From a virus (lineage: Duplodnaviria; Heunggongvirae; Uroviricota; Caudoviricetes), in the IMG/VR virus record IMGVR_UViG_2579778842_000003: a DNA stretch of 64,000 bases. One strand, given 5' to 3'. How positions within the stretch are numbered: position 1 is the first letter of the stretch; each line of letters starts with the position of its first letter. Under the pieces are notes generated by a model that saw only the letters and a list, made by a program, of their open reading frames with translations, had not been told where the DNA came from and did no database searches. Made by a program: the position numbers and the translations under genes. Of this stretch, positions 55,194 through 64,000 are shown one piece after another.

Positions 55194-56390
55194 ATGAGTG
55201 ATTCCAGCCAGCTTCACAAGGTTGCTCAAAGAGCAAACAGAATGCTCAATGTTCTGACTGAACAAGTACAGTTGCAAAAGGATGAGCTACACGCGAACGA
55301 GTTTTACCAGGTCTATGCGAAAGCGGCACTGGCAAAATTGCCTCTACTGACTCGAGCGAACGTTGACTATGCCGTAAGTGAAATGGAAGAAAAGGGTTAT
55401 GTTTTCGATAAACGCCCTGCTGGCTCTTCAATGAAATATGCGATGTCAATTCAGAACATCATTGACATATATGAACATCGCGGAGTGCCAAAATACCGGG
55501 ATCGCTACAGCGAAGCGTATGTGATTTTCATCTCCAATCTTAAAGGCGGTGTGTCAAAAACTGTATCGACGGTTTCTCTGGCGCATGCAATGCGTGCCCA
55601 CCCTCATCTTCTGATGGAAGATTTAAGAATTCTGGTTATTGACCTTGATCCGCAATCTTCAGCAACGATGTTTTTAAGCCATAAACACTCTATTGGTATC
55701 GTAAACGCAACATCTGCACAGGCTATGTTGCAGAATGTAAGCCGTGAAGAGCTGTTAGAGGAGTTTATTGTTCCTTCTGTTGTACCTGGGGTTGACGTTA
55801 TGCCTGCGTCGATTGACGATGCCTTTATTGCATCCGATTGGAGAGAGCTGTGCAATGAGCATCTACCGGGTCAGAACATCCATGCAGTCCTGAAAGAAAA
55901 TGTGATTGATAAGCTGAAGAGCGATTATGACTTTATCCTCGTTGATAGTGGTCCTCACCTTGACGCCTTCCTGAAAAATGCTTTGGCCTCGGCCAATATA
56001 CTGTTTACACCTCTGCCGCCTGCAACTGTCGATTTCCACTCATCGCTTAAATACGTTGCCCGCCTTCCTGAGTTGGTAAAACTCATTTCGGATGAAGGCT
56101 GCGAGTGCCAGCTTGCGACTAACATTGGTTTTATGTCCAAGTTGAGTAACAAGGCAGATCATAAGTATTGCCATAGCCTGGCTAAAGAAGTGTTCGGTGG
56201 GGATATGCTCGATGTCGTCCTCCCTCGCCTTGACGGTTTTGAACGTTGCGGCGAGTCTTTTGACACTGTTATTTCAGCTAACCCGGCAACGTATGTTGGT
56301 AGTGCTGATGCATTGAAGAACGCGCGAATTGCCGCGGAAGATTTTGCTAAAGCAGTTTTTGACCGTATTGAATTTATCAGATCTAACTGA
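55194..56390 (+). CDS. parA: ParA partition ATPase
   Basis: 398 aa, MSDSSQLHKVAQRANRMLNVLTEQ...; deviant Walker A (KGGVSKT); matches P1 ParA as recalled. Confidence 0.93.
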   Translation: MSDSSQLHKVAQRANRMLNVLTEQVQLQKDELHANEFYQVYAKAALAKLPLLTRANVDYAVSEMEEKGYVFDKRPAGSSMKYAMSIQNIIDIYEHRGVPKYRDRYSEAYVIFISNLKGGVSKTVSTVSLAHAMRAHPHLLMEDLRILVIDLDPQSSATMFLSHKHSIGIVNATSAQAMLQNVSREELLEEFIVPSVVPGVDVMPASIDDAFIASDWRELCNEHLPGQNIHAVLKENVIDKLKSDYDFILVDSGPHLDAFLKNALASANILFTPLPPATVDFHSSLKYVARLPELVKLISDEGCECQLATNIGFMSKLSNKADHKYCHSLAKEVFGGDMLDVVLPRLDGFERCGESFDTVISANPATYVGSADALKNARIAAEDFAKAVFDRIEFIRSN

Positions 56391-56406
56391 GGAGTAAGAA
56401 ACCCCC

Positions 56407-57408
56407 ATGTCAAAGAAAAACAGACCAACAATTGGGCGAACCCTTAATCCTTCAATATTAAGCGGATTTGATAGTTCTTCAGCCTCTGGCGATCGAGTCG
56501 AGCAGGTATTCAAGTTATCAACTGGTCGCCAGGCCACATTTATTGAAGAGGTAATACCTCCGAACCAGGTAGAAAGCGATACCTTTGTTGATCAGCATAA
56601 CAACGGGCGTGACCAGGCATCTCTTACGCCAAAATCATTAAAAAGTATCCGAAACACTATTAAGCATCAGCAATTTTACCCTGCAATAGGTGTTAGACGG
56701 GCTACAGGGAAAATTGAAATTTTGGATGGTTCCCGGCGTCGAGCTTCTGCCATCTTAGAGAACGTAGGGTTGCGGGTTTTAGTCACGGACCAGGAGATCA
56801 GCGTTCAGGAAGCGCAAAATTTAGCGAAAGACGTTCAGACAGCATTGCAGCACAGCATTCGAGAAATAGGTCTGCGTTTGATGCGAATGAAAAATGATGG
56901 GATGAGTCAGAAGGATATTGCAGCCAAAGAAGGGCTGTCTCAGGCGAAGGTCACGCGTGCTCTCCAGGCAGCGAGTGCTCCGGAAGAATTAGTCGCCCTT
57001 TTCCCTGTTCAGTCGGAATTAACCTTTTCGGACTACAAAACGCTTTGTGCTGTTGGCGACGAAATGGGGAACAAGAATTTAGAGTTTGATCAGCTTATTC
57101 AAAACATATCCCCGGAAATAAACGACATCTTATCCATTGAAGAAATGGCCGAAGATGAAGTTAAAAATAAAATCCTGCGCTTGATAACAAAGGAAGCCTC
57201 ACTACTCACGGATAAAGGTTCTAAAGATAAGTCCGTAGTTACTGAATTATGGAAATTTGAGGACAAGGATCGCTTTGCAAGGAAGCGCGTGAAAGGCCGT
57301 GCATTTTCTTATGAGTTTAATCGACTTTCAAAAGAGCTACAGGAAGAACTCGACAGGATGATTGGGCATATCCTTAGAAAGAGCCTCGATAAAAAGCCGA
57401 AGCCTTAA
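56407..57408 (+). CDS. parB: ParB partition protein
   Basis: 333-aa ORF directly downstream of parA and upstream of parS. Confidence 0.93.
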   Translation: MSKKNRPTIGRTLNPSILSGFDSSSASGDRVEQVFKLSTGRQATFIEEVIPPNQVESDTFVDQHNNGRDQASLTPKSLKSIRNTIKHQQFYPAIGVRRATGKIEILDGSRRRASAILENVGLRVLVTDQEISVQEAQNLAKDVQTALQHSIREIGLRLMRMKNDGMSQKDIAAKEGLSQAKVTRALQAASAPEELVALFPVQSELTFSDYKTLCAVGDEMGNKNLEFDQLIQNISPEINDILSIEEMAEDEVKNKILRLITKEASLLTDKGSKDKSVVTELWKFEDKDRFARKRVKGRAFSYEFNRLSKELQEELDRMIGHILRKSLDKKPKP

Positions 57409-57421
57409 ATTTTCGCCATTC

Positions 57422-57500
57422 AAATTTCACTATTAACCAACTGTTTTTAAAGTAAATCCATCTAAAATTTCAAGGTGAAATCGCCACGATTTCACCTTGG
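57422..57500. promoter_or_regulatory. parS: parS centromere (box A ATTTCAC heptamers and box B TCGCCA)
   Basis: ATTTCAC at 57424-57430; palindromic GTGAAATCGCCACGATTTCAC at 57475-57495; AT-rich segment between them. Confidence 0.8.
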
Positions 57501-57560
57501 ATTTTACCTTCCTCCCCTACTCCCGAAAAAAATAAAAAAATTGCTTGTCACGAGAAAGTC

Positions 57561-57582
57561 AACAAGTGACTTTCAATAAAAT
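57561..57582 (+). promoter_or_regulatory. P1-type late promoter candidate upstream of the major head gene
   Basis: AACAAGTGACT-TTCAA-TAAAAT. Confidence 0.45.
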
Positions 57583-57612
57583 CTCTTCCGAAAAGGGATT
57601 CACACAAGTGCC

Positions 57613-59340
57613 TTGTGTTTAAGGAAGAGTAAATTGAGTAACTTACGCGAATACCAGAATCGTATTGCAGATATCGCAAAACGCTCTAAAGCTGTGCTTG
57701 GCTGGGCAAGCACTGCGCAGTTCGGTACTGATAACCAATTCATTAAAGATGATGCCGCGCGTGCCGCATCTATCCTTGAAGCTGCACGTAAAGACCCGGT
57801 TTTTGCGGGTATCTCTGATAATGCCACCGCTCAAATCGCTACAGCGTGGGCAAGTGCACTGGCTGACTACGCCGCAGCACATAAATCTATGCCGCGTCCG
57901 GAAATTCTGGCCTCCTGCCACCAGACGCTGGAAAACTGCCTGATTGAGTCCACCCGCAATAGCATGGATGCCACTAATAAAGCGATGCTGGAATCCGTCG
58001 CAGCAGAGATGATGAGCGTTTCTGACGGTGTTATGCGTCTGCCTTTATTCCTCGCGATGATCCTGCCTGTTCAGTTGGGGGCAGCTACCGCTGATGCGTG
58101 TACCTTCATTCCGGTTACGCGTGACCAGTCCGACATCTATGAAGTCTTTAACGTGGCAGGTTCCTCTTTTGGTTCTTATGCTGCTGGTGATGTTCTGGAC
58201 ATGCAATCCGTCGGTGTGTACAGCCAATTACGTCGCCGCTATGTGCTGGTGGCAAGCTCCGATGGCACCAGCAAAACCGCAACCTTCAAGATGGAAGACT
58301 TCGAAGGCCAGAATGTACCAATCCGAAAAGGTCGCACTAACATCTACGTTAACCGTATTAAGTCTGTTGTTGATAACGGTTCCGGCAGCCTACTTCACTC
58401 GTTTACTAATGCTGCTGGTGAGCAAATCACTGTTACCTGCTCTCTGAACTACAACATTGGTCAGATTGCCCTGTCGTTCTCCAAAGCGCCGGATAAAGGC
58501 ACTGAGATCGCAATTGAGACGGAAATCAATATTGAAGCCGCTCCTGAGCTGATCCCGCTGATCAACCACGAAATGAAGAAATACACCCTGTTCCCAAGTC
58601 AGTTCGTTATCGCGGCTGAGCACACGGTACAGGCGGCGTATGAAGCACAGCGTGAATTTGGTCTGGACCTGGGTTCCCTACAGTTCCGCACCCTGAAGGA
58701 ATACCTGTCTCATGAACAGGATATGCTGCGTCTTCGCATCATGATCTGGCGCACTCTTGCGACCGACACCTTTGACATCGCTCTGCCGGTTAACCAGTCC
58801 TTTGATGTATGGGCAACCATCATTCGTGGCAAATTACAGACTGTATATCGCGACATTATTGAGCGCGTTAAATCTTCTGGTGCGATGGGGATGTTTGCTG
58901 GTGCTGATGCAGCATCTTTCTTCAAACAGTTGCCGAAGGATTTCTTCCAGCCAGCCGAAGACTATATCCAGACTCCGTATGTTCACTACATCGGTACCCT
59001 GTTCGGTAACGTGAAAGTGTACGAAGTACCTGCTGGTATTTGTAAGAACTTAACGACAGATAACATTCAGTTCAGCTCGATGGATGTGCTGTGCTACGTC
59101 CGTGATGAAAATCCGGGTAAAGCAGGCTTCGTGACTGGTGATGCTGTCCCGGCCATCCCGTTCCAGCATCCAACCACTCCGGCGCTGGTCAACCGTACCA
59201 CGCTGTGGGGTTCGGCTATCAACGATATGCACCCACGCAACGGCGCTGATTACTTCACTCGTGTAACGCTGACAATGGCCAAAAAAGGCGGGCTTAACTT
59301 CATAAGCGGCGACACGATTGATGCCGGTGACTCTGAGTAA
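57613..59340 (+). CDS. major head (capsid) protein, P1 gene 23 position
   Basis: 575-aa ORF with TTG at 57613; a likelier start is TTG at 57634 preceded by AGGAAG. Late promoter upstream; followed by a sheath-like gene. Confidence 0.65.
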   Translation: MCLRKSKLSNLREYQNRIADIAKRSKAVLGWASTAQFGTDNQFIKDDAARAASILEAARKDPVFAGISDNATAQIATAWASALADYAAAHKSMPRPEILASCHQTLENCLIESTRNSMDATNKAMLESVAAEMMSVSDGVMRLPLFLAMILPVQLGAATADACTFIPVTRDQSDIYEVFNVAGSSFGSYAAGDVLDMQSVGVYSQLRRRYVLVASSDGTSKTATFKMEDFEGQNVPIRKGRTNIYVNRIKSVVDNGSGSLLHSFTNAAGEQITVTCSLNYNIGQIALSFSKAPDKGTEIAIETEINIEAAPELIPLINHEMKKYTLFPSQFVIAAEHTVQAAYEAQREFGLDLGSLQFRTLKEYLSHEQDMLRLRIMIWRTLATDTFDIALPVNQSFDVWATIIRGKLQTVYRDIIERVKSSGAMGMFAGADAASFFKQLPKDFFQPAEDYIQTPYVHYIGTLFGNVKVYEVPAGICKNLTTDNIQFSSMDVLCYVRDENPGKAGFVTGDAVPAIPFQHPTTPALVNRTTLWGSAINDMHPRNGADYFTRVTLTMAKKGGLNFISGDTIDAGDSE

Positions 59341-59400
59341 TCAGGGGAAGTTCTCCGTTTAACATAGCGCCCCCGTGCGGGGCGCATAACAGGGAAAGTT

Positions 59401-60990
59401 ATGTCTCAATATTCAATTCAACAGTCATTAGGTAATGCATCCGGCGTCGCGGTTAGCCCGATCAATGCCGATGCGACGTTATCTACCGGTGTTGCATTAA
59501 ATAGCAGCTTGTGGGCTGGTATTGGCGTATTTGCGCGTGGCAAGCCGTTTACTGTTCTTGCGGTTACTGAGTCCAATTACGAAGATGTTCTCGGCGAACC
59601 GCTGAAGCCGTCTTCCGGCTCACAGTTCGAACCAATTCGCCATGTATACGAAGCTATTCAGCAAACGTCTGGTTATGTTGTTCGCGCTGTTCCGGATGAT
59701 GCGAAGTTCCCGATTATTATGTTCGATGAATCAGGCGAACCGGCTTACAGTGCGTTGCCATACGGTTCTAAAATTGAACTTGATAGTGGCGAAGCCTTTG
59801 CTATCTACGTTGATGATGGTGATCCGTGTATTTCACCTACCCGTGAGTTAACCATCGAAACGGCAACAGCGGACAGCGCGGGTAATGAACGCTTCCTCTT
59901 AAAACTGACCCAGACGACTTCGCTCGGCGTGGTAACGACCCTGGAGACACACACTGTGTCTTTGGCGGAAGAAGCGAAAGATGACATGGGCCGCTTGTGT
60001 TATCTGCCTACGGCTCTGGAAGCCCGTTCTAAATATCTGCGCGCGGTTGTTAATGAAGAGCTGATTTCGACAGCGAAAGTAACAAACAAAAAATCGTTGG
60101 CGTTCACTGGCGGTACCAACGGCGATCAGTCGAAAATCTCAACCGCTGCGTACCTGCGTGCGGTGAAAGTGCTGAACAATGCGCCGTACATGTACACCGC
60201 TGTTCTTGGCTTGGGCTGCTATGACAATGCGGCTATCACCGCATTAGGTAAAATCTGTGCAGATCGCCTGATTGATGGCTTCTTTGATGTCAAACCGACA
60301 TTGACGTACACGGAAGCGATCTCTGCTGTTGAAGATACCGGTTTACTTGGTACCGATTATGTAAGCTGTGCTGTCTATCACTACCCGTTCTCCTGCAAAG
60401 ACAAATGGACCCAATCCCGTGTGGTCTTTGGTCTGTCTGGCGTGGCGTATGCGGCGAAAGCTCGTGGCGTCAAGAAAAACTCTGATGTCGGCGGTTGGCA
60501 TTACTCACCGGCTGGTGAAGAACGTGCCGTCATTGCTCGTGCGTCAATTCAACCGCTGTATCCGGAAGATACCCCGGACGAAGAAGCTATGGTCAAGGGC
60601 CGTCTCAATAAAGTATCTGTTGGCACCTCTGGCCAGATGATCATCGACGATGCTTTAACTTGCTGCACGCAGGATAACTATCTGCACTTCCAGCACGTCC
60701 CATCCCTGATGAATGCAATCAGCCGTTTCTTTGTCCAGTTAGCCCGACAGATGAAGCATAGCCCGGACGGTATTACTGCGGCTGGCCTGACTAAAGGGAT
60801 GACCAAACTTTTAGATCGCTTTGTCGCCTCCGGCGCTCTGGTGGCTCCTCGTGATCCTGATGCTGACGGTACAGAACCGTATGTGCTGAAAGTTACGCAG
60901 GCGGAATTCGATAAATGGGAAGTAGTCTGGGCCTGCTGCCCGACTGGCGTAGCCCGTCGTATCCAGGGCGTACCGCTGCTTATTAAGTAA
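59401..60990 (+). CDS. tail sheath protein (P1 gene 22 position)
   Basis: 529-aa ORF downstream of the head gene; size and position typical of a contractile-tail sheath. Confidence 0.6.
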   Translation: MSQYSIQQSLGNASGVAVSPINADATLSTGVALNSSLWAGIGVFARGKPFTVLAVTESNYEDVLGEPLKPSSGSQFEPIRHVYEAIQQTSGYVVRAVPDDAKFPIIMFDESGEPAYSALPYGSKIELDSGEAFAIYVDDGDPCISPTRELTIETATADSAGNERFLLKLTQTTSLGVVTTLETHTVSLAEEAKDDMGRLCYLPTALEARSKYLRAVVNEELISTAKVTNKKSLAFTGGTNGDQSKISTAAYLRAVKVLNNAPYMYTAVLGLGCYDNAAITALGKICADRLIDGFFDVKPTLTYTEAISAVEDTGLLGTDYVSCAVYHYPFSCKDKWTQSRVVFGLSGVAYAAKARGVKKNSDVGGWHYSPAGEERAVIARASIQPLYPEDTPDEEAMVKGRLNKVSVGTSGQMIIDDALTCCTQDNYLHFQHVPSLMNAISRFFVQLARQMKHSPDGITAAGLTKGMTKLLDRFVASGALVAPRDPDADGTEPYVLKVTQAEFDKWEVVWACCPTGVARRIQGVPLLIK

Positions 60991-60999
60991 GGGAATACA

Positions 61000-61815
61000 A
61001 TGAGCAAAAACTTTTTTCAATCCGGGGCATTTTTGGGGAATGGACTGTCCCGTTTCGCTTTGAACTCTGATCCTGTGCAGCTGATGGAGTCTGCCCGAGC
61101 AAGCGCCGAACCGCCAACAGATCCGGTTATTAATAATAATCCGGAACCGGCGGCACAGACTAACGATAACGTTCCATCTGATCCGGCTCCTGAGCAAATC
61201 CTGGAAGAGAAAGACGGTAAAGAATGGACCGTTGAACAGGCGCACCAGATGATTCTGGAAGCTGCAAATCGAAGTGCGATGCAGAATGCGTTGAGTGATG
61301 CGGCCGACGCCGTTTTCGCCTGGGCTGATAGCGGTGATCTGACTTTCGACTCCCTTGATGGTTTCGTTCAGGCTATCGCTGGTATCTCTGATGACGACGA
61401 CTCCGAAGTTACAGAAGAACAGGACGATGCCTATAACGAAGCATGGGCAAATGTTGCTGACTTCCTCGCAGCATGCGGTGTAGATGATGACATGATCGAA
61501 GCACTGGCTGACGATGAAGACGACGACGCTGCTGCTGATGTTGGTGCCTCTATCGCTGGTTTAGATAGCGACGACCGCGACGAACTGGAAGCGGCGTTTG
61601 TTGTTGCTGGCACTTCTGATGAAATGCTGACTGAAGCATTTAAGAAGGTTGTTCGTAACGGTGAGATCAAACTCATCCGTAAACGCCTGCGGAAAAAACG
61701 TCTGACTGCGGCTCAAAAATCGGCGCTGAAAAAAGCGCGTCGAAAAGCCCAGACCGGCGCGGCAAAACTTGCCCGCAAAAAGTCAATGAAACTGCGCCGT
61801 AAGCGCCTTGGCTAA
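61000..61815 (+). CDS. bipartite protein: highly acidic body with strongly basic C-terminal tail
   Basis: 271 aa; Asp/Glu-rich runs (DDDDSEV, DDEDDDAAAD) then KRLRKKRLTAAQKSALKKARRKAQ...RRKRLG. Confidence 0.5.
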   Translation: MSKNFFQSGAFLGNGLSRFALNSDPVQLMESARASAEPPTDPVINNNPEPAAQTNDNVPSDPAPEQILEEKDGKEWTVEQAHQMILEAANRSAMQNALSDAADAVFAWADSGDLTFDSLDGFVQAIAGISDDDDSEVTEEQDDAYNEAWANVADFLAACGVDDDMIEALADDEDDDAAADVGASIAGLDSDDRDELEAAFVVAGTSDEMLTEAFKKVVRNGEIKLIRKRLRKKRLTAAQKSALKKARRKAQTGAAKLARKKSMKLRRKRLG

Positions 61816-61850
61816 AGGAGGAGGCCGGAGAACTCCGGCCTTTAACTTGA

Positions 61851-62432
61851 ATGGCACCTATACCTTATGGGGTTTACAGCCAGGCTGATGGTGTATCGCC
61901 ATTTCTGAAAGTTACTTTAACGAACTCTCAGTACCAGGTTACCGGATATATCAGCCAGGGGGCAGCAATGAACATGGCCCAGAATTGGGAAGCGCCGTTT
62001 ACCGGTATGTCCATGGGGTCTGTTGCTGGTGCTTTCAGTGGTTTTGCGCAGGTTGGTACTGAAACAACGTCGGTGGCCCGTTGGAACAGCTTAATGGTTT
62101 GGGAGGGGGGAACACCGCCGACTTTCACGCTGCCAGTAACTTTCATCGCTTTGTTTGACCCATTCACGGAGGTTTCAGGAGCTATCGCCGCATTGTCAGC
62201 GATGATTAGCCCGGAACTTAAAGATGCCAGTATTGGTGGTCGAATCCCGGAGCGTGTGACGCTAAACATTGGTCGCCGGATCAACATCATTGATGTCGCT
62301 ATCCAGGACATAAGTTTCGATCTCGATGCACCCAGGGACAGCAATGGGCATTTCCTGAAAAACACCGTCAACCTCCAGTTGACCGGTTCTTCGATATATA
62401 ACAGCTCCGATATTGTTCGGGCGTTCCAGTAA
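61851..62432 (+). CDS. virion tail protein (tail tube candidate)
   Basis: 193-aa ORF in the sheath operon; positional. Confidence 0.4.
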   Translation: MAPIPYGVYSQADGVSPFLKVTLTNSQYQVTGYISQGAAMNMAQNWEAPFTGMSMGSVAGAFSGFAQVGTETTSVARWNSLMVWEGGTPPTFTLPVTFIALFDPFTEVSGAIAALSAMISPELKDASIGGRIPERVTLNIGRRINIIDVAIQDISFDLDAPRDSNGHFLKNTVNLQLTGSSIYNSSDIVRAFQ

Positions 62433-62443
62433 AAGGATTTTAT

Positions 62444-62953
62444 ATGGGGCACAATAACACTAAGGGAAACCGTAAATTTATTAAGGGCCGCTATACTGCC
62501 AACGCGGCCAAAGGCGAACGACTGGTATCTTCTGAATTCCAGCTCACTTTTGCAGGCCATGAAGATATCAGCGTACTGGTTCGCACGTCGCAAATTCCTG
62601 AAATGACCCGCGAGGATGTGGAGGACTATGGTCCGAATGGTGTGAAGTTCAACCAGCACGGTCCAATTCGAAACTCTGGGGAAATCCAGGTCCAGTGCGT
62701 GGAGACTATCGAAGGCGATATTCTTCAGTTCATTAAAGATCGCATTGCGGCGAAGGACTATGTTGATATCACGATGGCTGCTACCCCTGAATCCAAATCT
62801 TCCGGGGTTAACGCTGTGACAAAAGCTGCTACAACAATTGAAATGTTGGACTGCAAAATCTACAGTGATGCAATCGACTTTAGTACCGAAGATGTGACTG
62901 CCGCTGTGCGCCCGTCACTTCGTATCGTCTACAACTGGATTGAGTGGGATTAA
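62444..62953 (+). CDS. virion tail protein (tail tube/assembly candidate)
   Basis: 169-aa ORF; followed by a GGGGAGG/CCTCCCC hairpin at 62984-63002. Confidence 0.4.
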   Translation: MGHNNTKGNRKFIKGRYTANAAKGERLVSSEFQLTFAGHEDISVLVRTSQIPEMTREDVEDYGPNGVKFNQHGPIRNSGEIQVQCVETIEGDILQFIKDRIAAKDYVDITMAATPESKSSGVNAVTKAATTIEMLDCKIYSDAIDFSTEDVTAAVRPSLRIVYNWIEWD

Positions 62954-63250
62954 GTGTTATCCCTTGTACTTTTAATCTTCTTCGGGGGAGGTTTACCTCC
63001 CCTTGATACAACCGCATTCCACCGCCTAGCGAATAGAGTAAAATAACATCTTGTAAATACTCTGGTATGAAGTGAGTGTAAACTAACAGTTACCTATTAA
63101 TAAATACTCCTATACTTTTCTACCTTAAATATTTAGTATGCACATGGTTAAATTTATGTAGCGTCAAAGTTTGTGAAGGCAAGATGTCCGTTAATCTTTG
63201 TCGAAGCATATATGGTTCTAGGAAGTATTGGCTTATTTAAGAGGAATGTC

Positions 63251-64000
63251 ATGTTACGTATCAATGATATGAGCAATATTATTGTAGGTATTTACAGCAA
63301 AAAAAATGAAGAAAAATCATTTGAGTATATGTACTCTTATCTGACAAGGAAAACAGCTTATTTAACACGTGAGTTTATTCGTGATGGTAATCAGGATAAA
63401 GAATTATTAAAAAATACCTATATAGAAGCATTGTCTTGGCTTTTTGCAATCTGTGATAAACTTGAAATACAACCACAGGAAGCATTTTATAAAAAATTTC
63501 CTAGTTGCTGTCCTTATTGCTTAGGGGCGCCTTGTTCCTGTTCTCAAACACACAGAAAGCCAGAGAAAATAAGAAGCGCAAAAGGAATTAAAGATGAGCT
63601 TTTCAATAAATATAACGCTATTAAACCTATGCAATTTCCGCCTTATGCGCCACGAATGATTAATGACATCTATCCGTCGAATAGAACCATTTGGTCTACT
63701 TTTGGTGGGTTTTATCATTCATCCAGGTTATTCGAAGAGTTGGGTGAGTTGCAAGAGGCTTATGCTAAATCAATTGAAGATAAAAATTACAACAAAGAAA
63801 ATCTTCATGAAGAGTGTGCTGATATATATGCTTGGTTGTTTTCTTTATGGGGGATTATTTTTAAAGATGATGATCTTGGCGAGGCGTTTGAAAGTTATTA
63901 TCTAAATGGTTGTCCTGTCTGCAATAAAAGAGAATGTGTTTGTGTCAGTTATTCAGGGAAGATTAGTAAAACTGATGAGAAAAGAGCATCATTGGAAAAA
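63251..64000 (+). CDS. AT-rich ORF running off the window end: MazG-like NTP pyrophosphohydrolase-type helices with CxxC/CxC clusters (3'-truncated)
   Basis: Open from ATG 63251 to base 64000 with no stop (absent from the ORF track); LFEELGELQEAYAK and EECADIYAWLFSL match MazG-type EExxE / EExxD helices; Cys clusters CCPYCLGAPCSCS and CPVCNKRECVCV. Confidence 0.5.
   Translation, partial: MLRINDMSNIIVGIYSKKNEEKSFEYMYSYLTRKTAYLTREFIRDGNQDKELLKNTYIEALSWLFAICDKLEIQPQEAFYKKFPSCCPYCLGAPCSCSQTHRKPEKIRSAKGIKDELFNKYNAIKPMQFPPYAPRMINDIYPSNRTIWSTFGGFYHSSRLFEELGELQEAYAKSIEDKNYNKENLHEECADIYAWLFSLWGIIFKDDDLGEAFESYYLNGCPVCNKRECVCVSYSGKISKTDEKRASLEK

Noticed and set aside
59368-59386. GC-rich hairpin (GCGCCCC-gtgc-GGGGCGC) between the head and sheath genes as a terminator.
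   Set aside because: No downstream T-run; more likely an attenuator or mRNA-stabilising structure, so not listed as a terminator.

Overview
This ~64 kb window is a P1-family temperate phage-plasmid (P1/P7-like myovirus maintained as a plasmid), in reverse orientation relative to the usual P1 map. Read directly from the sequence: Cre recombinase with a canonical 34-bp loxP site; C1 repressor and Coi with about eleven 17-bp C1 operators (ATTGCTCTAATAAATTT-like); PacA/PacB with the GATC-hexamer pac site inside pacA; Phd/Doc; HumD; Ref; the 2255-aa DarB; Ban helicase; three tRNAs (Ile-CAU, Thr-UGU, Asn-GUU); Dmt; RepA with oriR and incC/incA iterons; ParA/ParB/parS; head, sheath and baseplate genes. 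The main departure from this backbone is the interval between mat and lxc, where P1 (from memory) carries the EcoP1I type III res-mod genes: here it holds a single AT-rich gene for a SIR2-family (NADase-like) protein, the best candidate for an accessory or undescribed anti-phage defence gene. Other accessory-looking features are an AT-rich island at 23.9-25.0 kb with a small hydrophobic ORF, an AT-rich MazG-like Cys-rich ORF running off the 3' end, and a C1-operator-controlled cluster with PAPS-reductase-like, ASCH-like and HAD-like enzymes. No CRISPR array, transposase or IS element was found. Names for less diagnostic proteins rest on size and synteny with P1 recalled from memory; no database search or GC computation was run.
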